Shown: piece by piece, positions 16,941-24,283 of the stretch
Layout: the number at the start of each line of letters is the position of its first letter
Numbering within the stretch: position 1 is the first letter of the stretch
Notes under the pieces: generated by a model
Databases searched by the model: none
Seen by the model: only the letters and a program-made list of their open reading frames with translations
What the model was told of the DNA's origin: nothing
Program-made: the position numbers and the translations under genes
DNA from: Cyanobacteria bacterium J06626_4
GTDB taxonomy: Bacteria; Cyanobacteriota; Cyanobacteriia; Phormidesmidales; Phormidesmidaceae
DNA length: 24,283 nt
NCBI GenBank assembly: GCA_038523235.1
Contig: JBCBJQ010000090.1
Location: forward strand, 1 to 24,283
Direction: 5' to 3'

Positions 16941-17031
16941 GTGTTGAGCCGTTAAATCTCATGATAGGGGGGGCAAAGTGGCAAGCTGAGGCCCGCGATC
17001 GCCCTTCGCCAATCCTGCAGCCCTAAACCTA

Positions 17032-17730
17032 ATGAAGCCATCCTCACGCAAAGCCGGACAGAATATTCGCGACTTGGCCCTGAAGCGCCGGGTCAAAGCC
17101 ATCATCTCTTTTGGTTCAGCTGGTTTTTTATTATTGTTGCCCTTCATGCTGCACCACATATTTGGCACCCTCCTCGCGGAACTTTCGTTCAGTAGTGCTC
17201 AATCGTCTCGTCGTCTTGAGGTGCCCCCAGTCTTTTACCTCATGTTTGTGATGGCGAGTTTGGGTGCGGTTGCCAACGGCCTCTACTGGTGGCGACGAGC
17301 CAATCACGCTGACCAGGGAGCTAAAGGAGAAGAAGACATCGCCCTCGCCCTTGCTGGCTTAACCACCTCTGGCTGGCAGATTGAATACAACGTTCGTTTG
17401 GGCAAAGGATTGGGCGATGCCGATGTGGTGTGTCTATCGCCCCGGCAAAATGCCTATGCGATAGACGTAAAATCTCATCGCGGTCGCGTGGTGACGGATG
17501 GGCAGCGGCTCTATCGCATGATGGGTCAACAAAAATATGCTTTTGAGAAGGATTTTCTCAAACAGGTGAAGCGACAAGCTTCGGTGCTCAAACAGCAGCG
17601 AGACTGGCGATTCGTGACGCCGATGGTGGCTTTCTCGCAGGCTCACGTTGCCGCCTCAATTAGCCAAGTGCAGCATGTTTACGTCGTGGAAAAGGCACGC
17701 TTGCCAGCATTATTGAAACAACTCGGATAA
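17032..17730 (+). CDS. NERD (nuclease-related domain) protein with two N-terminal hydrophobic helices
   Basis: QGAKGEEDIA...NVRLG...DADVVCLSP...YAIDVKSHRG matches the NERD/PD-(D/E)xK pattern G-x-x-G-E...D-x-D...(D/E)VK. Hydrophobic segments AIISFGSAGFLLLLPFML and VFYLMFVMASLGAVANGLYWW. Confidence 0.85.
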   Translation: MKPSSRKAGQNIRDLALKRRVKAIISFGSAGFLLLLPFMLHHIFGTLLAELSFSSAQSSRRLEVPPVFYLMFVMASLGAVANGLYWWRRANHADQGAKGEEDIALALAGLTTSGWQIEYNVRLGKGLGDADVVCLSPRQNAYAIDVKSHRGRVVTDGQRLYRMMGQQKYAFEKDFLKQVKRQASVLKQQRDWRFVTPMVAFSQAHVAASISQVQHVYVVEKARLPALLKQLG

Positions 17731-18239
17731 ATCCGGTCTGTTGCTAGGGTAATGACTAGACCTGCAGGTCATCAACTGTCTCAGAGTAGAGAAGGGCCGA
17801 TTTCACTGTCTAATTCAACCAGCTAATTCAATTGGGCTGTGAAGATATTCGGCTTTGTCAAGCGTATTCTTGTCAGTTTTTGCTCGGAATCTTTGGGATT
17901 ATAATGGCTTGTTGCTGTCTGCAAGCTTAGACTAAGCTGATACTAGTTTAGATAATACAAAATTCGATTTTTAAGGAGATGTGATTGAGCCTTTCAAGGC
18001 AGCTAAGCTCAGTTTTCACTCTGTCTAATACTTGAAGTTCTGAAGAAAAAGCCTTGGATCGACATCATTTACTGGTCTTTTGGGCAATCAAGTATAAGCT
18101 GACCAGTCAAAGCATAGTTTTTTCTCAAAAAATTCACGCCACTATTCAATCAGTAAAACGATATTTGCTGGCATGAATTGTGATGCTAGGTGAACTCAAT
18201 TAATCAAAAATACTGACATCTATCTTGAATTCTTTATAT

Positions 18240-20471
18240 ATGAAAAACTTTCGTGACCAGGGAACTACGCATCTTGCCTCAGAAATGCCTCAAAGAAAGA
18301 AAATATTGCTAGTGGATGATTCGACTTTTTATCGTAAAGCTATCGGAGCAATTTTACGCGAACAAGGTTATGACGCTTACTGTGTAGGCGATGGGGCGAT
18401 GGCTTTGGAATTGATTCCCGCTCTATTGCCTGATTTGATCTTGCTTGATACCCACATGCCTGGTTTGGATGGATATGAAGTGTGCCTTCAAATCAAATCA
18501 ACGTTACAAGCTCACCATATTCCCATTATTTTTGTCAGTACTTCGAAAGCCGCTGATGATCGAGTTAAAGCTTTCGAGGTGGGCGGGGTTGATTATCTGA
18601 CGAAGCCCTTTGAAATCGAAGAAACGCTGCTGAGAATTCGTAATCAGCTGGAAGTCCAAACCACCCGGAAGCATTTAAATGAAGTCAACAGTGATTTAGA
18701 ACAGCGGGTCGTTAAACGTACTCTGCAGCTAAAAACGGTGCATAATCGCCTCAAAGCTAGTGAAGAACGGCTGGAAAATATCTTAGAGACGTTGCAAGAT
18801 ATTGTCTGGTCAGCGGCAATTGAGCCCTTTCAGATTTTGTATCTCAACCCAGCGGCAGCGAAGATTTATCATCGGCCATTAGAAGACTTTTTAAAGGACA
18901 GCCGACTTTGGTTTGAGGTGATTCATCCTGACGATCGCCCCGAAGTGGTTGAGTGTATGAACAGTATTACCAGTCGTGGCAGCATTGACATTGAATATCG
19001 CATTGTTTGGCCGACCGGGCAGGTGCGATGGGTTAAAAATCGGAGCCACATTGTAGTGGGTGAAGACGATACGGCCTCCATTCGGATAGAGGGGCTAGTG
19101 ACCGACATCAGCGATCGCAAACGAGCTGAGATCCAACTCATTCACGATGCCCTGCACGACGGGTTGACCCAATTACCGAATCGGACGCTGTTTGTCGACC
19201 GTCTCGAAACCGCCTTGGCGCGGAAGCATCGCTCGCCAGATTATGGCTTTGCCGTGCTGTTTTTAGATTTAGACCGCTTCAAAGTTGTCAACGATAGCTT
19301 GGGGCACGCGGCTGGCGACCAGCTATTGATCGAGGTCGCCAATCGACTTTTAGGATGTGTGAATGCGGGGGATACTGTGGCTCGCTTAGGCGGCGATGAG
19401 TTCACTATTTTATTAGACGATGTCGATACCACCGTTGAGGCGATCGCCAGAGTCCAAAAAATTCAAGTGGCGTTGAGCCAACCGGTAAAAATCAGCGGCA
19501 CAACTTTGTTTACTGGCTGCAGCATCGGCATTGTGATCGCCACCACGGTCTACACTGCTGGCCTCGACTTGCTGCGTGATGCTGATATTGCCATGTATCG
19601 CGCTAAAGAAAGCCCCCAGTCCAGCTATGAGCTGTTTGATTTAGCCATGCACGCTCGTTTGATCCGGCGGCTCAAGCTAGAGCATGACATGCATATTGGC
19701 CTCAAAAACCGCGAATTTGAGCTGGTTTATCAACCGATTGTGGCGCTTAAAACCGAGGCGATTGTGGGGTTTGAAGCATTAGTGCGTTGGCGAAATTATC
19801 AAGAGGGCGTCATTAGCCCGGCCGAATTTATCCCCATCGCTGAAGAGACTGGTTTTATCATTCCTCTGGGGGAATGGGTGTTGACCGAAGCTTGCCGTCA
19901 TTTAAGGCAGTGGCAACAGATTGCGCCGCGCTTCCAGCATTTGCGGGTCAATGTCAATATCGCCGGATCGCAGCTGTGGGACCCGATGCTGTTGTCAAAG
20001 CTCGATCAGATTCTGAAAACCGTTGGCCTCGCTGGTCACTATTTGCGCTTAGAGGTGACGGAGACGACGCTGGTCGAACAAACGGCACAGGCTATCGATG
20101 TGCTCAGGCAAATTCGTCAGCGCGGCATCCAGTTGAGCATTGATGATTTTGGCACTGGCTATTCGTCTTTGAGTTATCTCAGCCGTTTGCCCATTGATAA
20201 CTTAAAGATCGATCAGTCCTTTGTCAGCCGCATGCACTTAGAAGCCGACAGCTTAGAAATTGTGCGCACCATTACGGCCTTAGCTCAAACGCTTGGGATG
20301 GATGTCACCGCTGAAGGCATCGAACTTGAACTGCAGCTCTATCTATTGAAAGAACTGAATAGCGAATTTGGCCAAGGCTATTATTTTTCAAAACCGCTGA
20401 GGGCCGAAGCGATCGCCACGCTGCTCAGAGAGTGCCCGCAAGGGCGACCTGCGCCCCAAGTCGTGACCTGA
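18240..20471 (+). CDS. Response regulator c-di-GMP enzyme: REC-PAS/PAC-GGDEF-EAL
   Basis: REC (ILLVDDS, PDLILLDTHMP, DYLTKPF), PAS (VIHPDDR, EYRIVWPTGQVRWV), GGDEF (DLDRFKVVNDSLGH, ARLGGDEF) and EAL (YQPIV, FEALVRW, IDDFGTGYSSL, VTAEGIE, QGYYFSKP). Start is uncertain (18225, 18240 or 18285). Confidence 0.95.
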   Translation: MKNFRDQGTTHLASEMPQRKKILLVDDSTFYRKAIGAILREQGYDAYCVGDGAMALELIPALLPDLILLDTHMPGLDGYEVCLQIKSTLQAHHIPIIFVSTSKAADDRVKAFEVGGVDYLTKPFEIEETLLRIRNQLEVQTTRKHLNEVNSDLEQRVVKRTLQLKTVHNRLKASEERLENILETLQDIVWSAAIEPFQILYLNPAAAKIYHRPLEDFLKDSRLWFEVIHPDDRPEVVECMNSITSRGSIDIEYRIVWPTGQVRWVKNRSHIVVGEDDTASIRIEGLVTDISDRKRAEIQLIHDALHDGLTQLPNRTLFVDRLETALARKHRSPDYGFAVLFLDLDRFKVVNDSLGHAAGDQLLIEVANRLLGCVNAGDTVARLGGDEFTILLDDVDTTVEAIARVQKIQVALSQPVKISGTTLFTGCSIGIVIATTVYTAGLDLLRDADIAMYRAKESPQSSYELFDLAMHARLIRRLKLEHDMHIGLKNREFELVYQPIVALKTEAIVGFEALVRWRNYQEGVISPAEFIPIAEETGFIIPLGEWVLTEACRHLRQWQQIAPRFQHLRVNVNIAGSQLWDPMLLSKLDQILKTVGLAGHYLRLEVTETTLVEQTAQAIDVLRQIRQRGIQLSIDDFGTGYSSLSYLSRLPIDNLKIDQSFVSRMHLEADSLEIVRTITALAQTLGMDVTAEGIELELQLYLLKELNSEFGQGYYFSKPLRAEAIATLLRECPQGRPAPQVVT

Positions 20472-20490
20472 AACGTCATGAGGGAAGGGT

Positions 20491-20988
20491 TTAAACCCCG
20501 ATGACATATTTCTTCCACTCTTCATGGGTGCCACTCTTGACTTGGCGCGTCACTTCAAAATATAGGCTGCTGTGGGGGCGACGGGGCGAATTGCGTAGCG
20601 GCGTTGAAGCCTCGCGCGGAGTGCGATTCCCTTTTTTGACATTGCAGCGGACGCAAGCGGTCACCATATTTTCCCAGGTGTCGCCGCCCCCGCGCGAGCG
20701 CGGCACCACATGGTCTAGTGTCAAGCCATCGCCCGAATAGCCACAATACTGACAAGTGTGATTGTCCCGCTGAAGAATGTTGCGGCGGGTCAGGGGAATT
20801 TCTTTGTAGGGCACTCGAACGTAGTGTCTCAAACGGATGACGGTCGGCAAAGGCAGATCGGGATAAACGAATCGACCATTATGTTCAACCTGTTCAGCCT
20901 TGCCCTTAATAACCAGTACAATCGCTCGACGCCAACTAGTGATGTTAAGCGGTTCGTAGGAGGCATTAAGCACTAGAACCTTGCTCAT
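20491..20988 (-). CDS. HNH endonuclease (McrA-like, conserved cyanobacterial type)
   Basis: MSKVLVLNASYEPL...RRNILQRDNHTCQYCG...LTLDHVVPRSRGGGDTWENMVTACVRCNVKKG. 165 aa from ATG 20988. Confidence 0.93.
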   Translation of the reverse strand: MSKVLVLNASYEPLNITSWRRAIVLVIKGKAEQVEHNGRFVYPDLPLPTVIRLRHYVRVPYKEIPLTRRNILQRDNHTCQYCGYSGDGLTLDHVVPRSRGGGDTWENMVTACVRCNVKKGNRTPREASTPLRNSPRRPHSSLYFEVTRQVKSGTHEEWKKYVIGV

Positions 20989-21112
20989 CAGTGATTGCTT
21001 AAAGAATATTGCACTGATGTTAACACAGGTACATTTGCGGAGAGTATTGAGCGCAGACGTCACCAAAGCTGGCAGCAGCGGCTGGATGCAAACTAGGGGC
21101 AGGTAAATGGCG

Positions 21113-21427
21113 CTAGCTGCTGGTTGATTTGGGCGGGGTGGTGCGCTGCCAAGCTCGTCTAAAATTTTGCACTGCCATGATGCTGCCAGTTACCAACATC
21201 CATAACAGACCCAGGCCATTGAGCAATACATAAAACGGTTCTAACGTTGAGCCCAAATATTCGCCTTCATGCAGGGTCATCAAAAAGTGTACCTGATCGC
21301 GGGGCAGGCCCAGCCAATCTTTTGAGAGTCGATAAGCGACGCCAGTGGTCACGGTCATCAGCAGGGGGAGCAGCACAATGGGGGCAAGGGTACCGTGCAA
21401 TTTGCGAATGAGCGATCGAAACTTCAT
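21113..21427 (-). CDS. Small membrane protein, PepSY-associated TM-helix type
   Basis: RKLHGTLAPIVLLPLLMTVTTGVAY...LMTLHEGEYLG...YVLLNGLGLLWMLVTG shows two TM helices, each preceded by a conserved-type His. Confidence 0.75.
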   Translation of the reverse strand: MKFRSLIRKLHGTLAPIVLLPLLMTVTTGVAYRLSKDWLGLPRDQVHFLMTLHEGEYLGSTLEPFYVLLNGLGLLWMLVTGSIMAVQNFRRAWQRTTPPKSTSS

Positions 21428-21780
21428 AAGTTAGGAATATCAAAATTGATCACACTTCAAACGTTAAGTCCGTCGAACTGACGTGAGGCTTACAGCCCCA
21501 TCTTCACAACGCCAGGTCTGAATCGATGTAAAGTTCACTCATCAGATTTGACAGAATTGCACACAGAACAGGCGGTAAGTAGCTGGTCAATCGAATCGGA
21601 TTTATGCGACTCAACCCTCTGTATAGAGCTATGCACCCTGATAGTTTGGGGCGCTGTCATCGGGGCGGCTGAATGATGAACATTCACTCATCTTTAGTCA
21701 GGATGTCACTGGTGATCGCGACGAATGGCTCATTACGAGCAATGAGGCAATTGTCAGCAGGGTTGATAAGCAAACGGATT

Positions 21781-21815
21781 ATAAACAAAACGCCGAGTGT
21801 ATTGAACACCCGGCG
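21781..21815 (-). terminator. Rho-independent terminator of gap2
   Basis: Minus strand CGCCGGGTGT-TCAAT-ACACTCGGCG-TTTTGTTTAT: a 10-bp stem (one G-U pair) plus a U-rich tail, about 35 nt after the gap2 stop. Confidence 0.8.
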
Positions 21816-21850
21816 TCTAGGAAATGATGCGTCAATTAAGAATTAGGCGC

Positions 21851-22864
21851 TTAACTCCACTTTTGAGCGACTAATTCCGCGAGATCGACAACGCGTTGGC
21901 TGTAGCCCCACTCGTTGTCATACCAGGCAACAATCTTCACGAGATCACCGCCCAAAGCGATGGTTAGGCTAGAGTCCACAATCGATGACTCATCGGTCTT
22001 GCGATAATCACAGGAAACGAGTGGTAAATCGCTGTACCCCAAGATACCTTTCAACTTGCCTGCTGCCGCTTCTTGCATAGCATCGTTAATCTGCTGGGCG
22101 ATCGCGGGCTTCTCAACTTGAGCCACAAAGTCAACAATCGACACATTAGGAGTCGGTACGCGCAGGGCAATACCATTCAGCTTGCCAGCAACCGCTGGAT
22201 ACACTTTTGCGACCGCTTCCGCTGCTCCAGTGGTTGTCGGTACGATGTTGAGAGCAGCGGCACGAGCCCGGCGCAAATCACGGTGGCTAGCATCTAATAG
22301 ACGCTGATCCCCGGTGTAGCTGTGGGTGGTTGTCATCGTCCCCTTAACGATGCCAAAGCTCTCATGCAGCGCTTTGACAACTGGCGCGAGACAGTTGGTG
22401 GTGCAACTAGCGTTGCTCACAACATCAAAATCACTGTGGTTATAGTCATCATGGTTAACGCCCATGACGAATGTGCCGACGCCACTGCCCTTGCCCGGTG
22501 CGGTAATCAAAACTTTCTTGGCCCCGGCCTCAATGTGTCGCCCGGCCCCTTCCACACTGCGGAAAACCCCAGTGGACTCAATAATTAAATCAATTTCCCA
22601 GGCTTTCCAGGGGAGATTGTTGGGGTTGCGATCAGAGCAGCACTTGATGGTCTTACCGTTGACGATCAAGCTATCTTCACCAGCCTGCACGTCAGCATCG
22701 AGTCGACCGAGCATCGAGTCGTATTTCAACAGGTGTGAATTGGTATGGGGATCAGACGTGTCGTTGATAGCGACCACATCGAGCAAACTATCGTTGCGGG
22801 TTAACCAGCAACGCAAAAAATTCCGCCCAATACGTCCAAATCCGTTAATGGCTACTCTAATCAC
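21851..22864 (-). CDS. gap2: NAD(P)-dependent glyceraldehyde-3-phosphate dehydrogenase (Calvin-cycle type)
   Basis: [16 protein letters not shown], catalytic ASCTTNCL, and the Gap2/GapA-type S-loop [20 protein letters not shown]. 337 aa, GTG start. Confidence 0.95.
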   Translation of the reverse strand: MIRVAINGFGRIGRNFLRCWLTRNDSLLDVVAINDTSDPHTNSHLLKYDSMLGRLDADVQAGEDSLIVNGKTIKCCSDRNPNNLPWKAWEIDLIIESTGVFRSVEGAGRHIEAGAKKVLITAPGKGSGVGTFVMGVNHDDYNHSDFDVVSNASCTTNCLAPVVKALHESFGIVKGTMTTTHSYTGDQRLLDASHRDLRRARAAALNIVPTTTGAAEAVAKVYPAVAGKLNGIALRVPTPNVSIVDFVAQVEKPAIAQQINDAMQEAAAGKLKGILGYSDLPLVSCDYRKTDESSIVDSSLTIALGGDLVKIVAWYDNEWGYSQRVVDLAELVAQKWS

Positions 22865-24283
22865 TGCGCTTTACCCTCTGTTCTCTCTAAAGACTTAATA
22901 GGTAACATTTCCTAAACGCAATCATCATATCGCAAAGGCTGCACGCATTTATAGACCTCGACGATGGAACGAGGATAGATTTTTCTGCACGTGATTGGGA
23001 CGTCAGGCGCTGCTAGTGATGCCAATACTGCCGGTCGCTTTGACTGACTCAGGTCTGAGTTCGGATTGACACTAAAACAACTCAAGAGTTTAGAAACGGC
23101 TCAGCTTTAATCGTTGTGCTCTGAGGCAAGCGCCAATAAAGCATGGCCGCTATCCAGCGTTGAAGATTTTGCTGCGGCAGGGAGTCAACGACTCAATTCC
23201 CATGAGGGATCATCCTTAATATTTAATGGGGAGCTAGCTTGTAGTACCTCGTTATCCAGTCCCTCGCGAATCTCCTAGAAGCGGGTGAATTGTGGACGGT
23301 CAAAGCGATCATTCATTAGCGACTGCTGCCTAGCGCTGGCCCATGGGTCATCCAAAGCTTTGTGGTGATCGCTTTAACTGCGATCACCTGCAGCCGCGAA
23401 TATTGGGCCAAATGAGAGGGGCCAGCTCGGAGCATTGGGTCGAAAAAAGGGCAGACGTATCATGCTGCCGATGACTGGCGTTGCCTTGTGATGGGAGGCG
23501 AACGCAGAATCTGGCTTTAGCGTTCCTCTCCAATCAGCTCACTCAAGAGTTCTCATTAAACAATGCTGTAGCGGGCATTGTGACGCCAGCCCAACCAGGC
23601 TTTGGTGCGTCACGTCAGGTGACACATGCCCTCATATCGTTCGGGGCATCGACTACGCTGACTGTCCTGCTCGCCGAGTGCACAATGGCTCTTCTTACTT
23701 AAACTGGCTGTTGCTTTGATGTTAGCTTCCCGGCTTGCAGCGATCTCATCGCCACAAGCATGATTACTGCAACCGTCGTACTTCTTGCCATGAAAATGTG
23801 GCCTAGAGGTACGTTACGCCTCACTGCCGGCATTCGCTGAAGCGCCCTGCTGTTGGAGAATGCTTCTGGCTTGTCAGCGCTAGTGGCGATGTCAAATTGA
23901 ATGACTGGCGGGCACTGTGCCCAGGCGTAACTTTTCCTGTGGCAGCCAGCAACCCAACTAGCCGCTCCTGACTTCCCATCAGGAAACTGCCTTCACGCTT
24001 TCGTGGGATGACCACTTAACACAATGAATCAGTGCTAGGGCCTACGAAATGTTGCTGAAAAATAGGATGGAGTCTTTTTAGATAGATACTCTTCTCCGTA
24101 TAAATTCTGTTGGCTCACTCAAACAAATTAAAGCCTCTTCGACAGAATAAAAGGGCTAATTAATGAAGCTTTTGCAAAGAGCCTGAACTTCCGTAATAAC
24201 CGATAGCCGTTAAGGTTCTATCTCTAAACGTATCAGCAAGAATTATTAGAGAAAAAATCCAGATTTTTGCCTTAACGACTATC

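Larger units (their letters stand above)
3335..22105. repeat. Dispersed HIP1 octamers (GCGATCGC)
   Basis: Many copies, e.g. 3335, 4018/4024 (overlapping), 15654, 16000, 16995 and 22098. This is a hallmark of many cyanobacterial genomes. The span given is nominal. Confidence 0.95.

Noticed and set aside
16000..17002. HIP1 sites flanking the bstA-like gene as evidence of HIP1-mediated insertion
   Set aside because: HIP1 occurs roughly once per kb in this window, so flanking by chance is expected.
17924..17938. Palindrome AGCTTAG-A-CTAAGCT upstream of the GGDEF/EAL gene
   Set aside because: A single short dyad with no second copy and no recognisable regulator match, too weak to call.
15700..18200. 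Prophage or mobile island around the bstA-like gene
   Set aside because: No integrase, transposase, tRNA, att-like direct repeats or phage genes are visible.
20491..20988. HNH endonuclease as part of the putative defence module
   Set aside because: It looks like the widely conserved stand-alone cyanobacterial HNH type (VLVLNASYEPL), lies on the opposite strand, and is separated by the GGDEF/EAL gene.
23481..24015. Short ORFs 23481-23702 (+), 23821-24015 (-) and a 30-aa minus-strand ORF near 23700-23790
   Set aside because: No domain features and no clear RBS; the two ORF-track ORFs also have non-ATG starts.
1..24283. CRISPR array, tRNA, rRNA or IS element
   Set aside because: Reading through, I saw no regularly spaced direct repeats, cloverleaf or T-loop signatures, rRNA-like sequence or transposase motifs.

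Overview
Cyanobacterial chromosomal window (dense HIP1 GCGATCGC octamers, Gap2-type GAPDH, CO2-uptake genes). The left half is a minus-strand carbon-concentrating locus: ndhF3-ndhD3-cupA-cupS (high-affinity CO2-uptake NDH-1 complex), then a CPA2-type cation/H+ antiporter with USP-like domains and a partial Mrp/NBP35 ATPase. Three details stand out here: a Nudix gene sits antisense between ndhD3 and cupA, an unannotated 47-aa ORF with a strong RBS lies between cupA and cupS, and matching pairs of NdhR/CcmR-like sites lie upstream of both ndhF3 and the antiporter. The middle is a mixed accessory stretch: a three-repeat membrane-anchored protein, a 2H-phosphoesterase, a ZIP-like membrane protein and a flavodoxin-like reductase. 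These are followed by the best novelty candidate, a BstA-like (abortive-infection family) gene directly upstream of a membrane-anchored NERD nuclease-like gene, with no prophage genes nearby. The right end holds a REC-PAS-GGDEF-EAL protein, an HNH endonuclease, a small PepSY-TM-like protein, gap2 and about 1.4 kb with no convincing ORF. No rRNA, tRNA, CRISPR array or transposase was seen. Family assignments come from motif recognition by eye, not from database searches.
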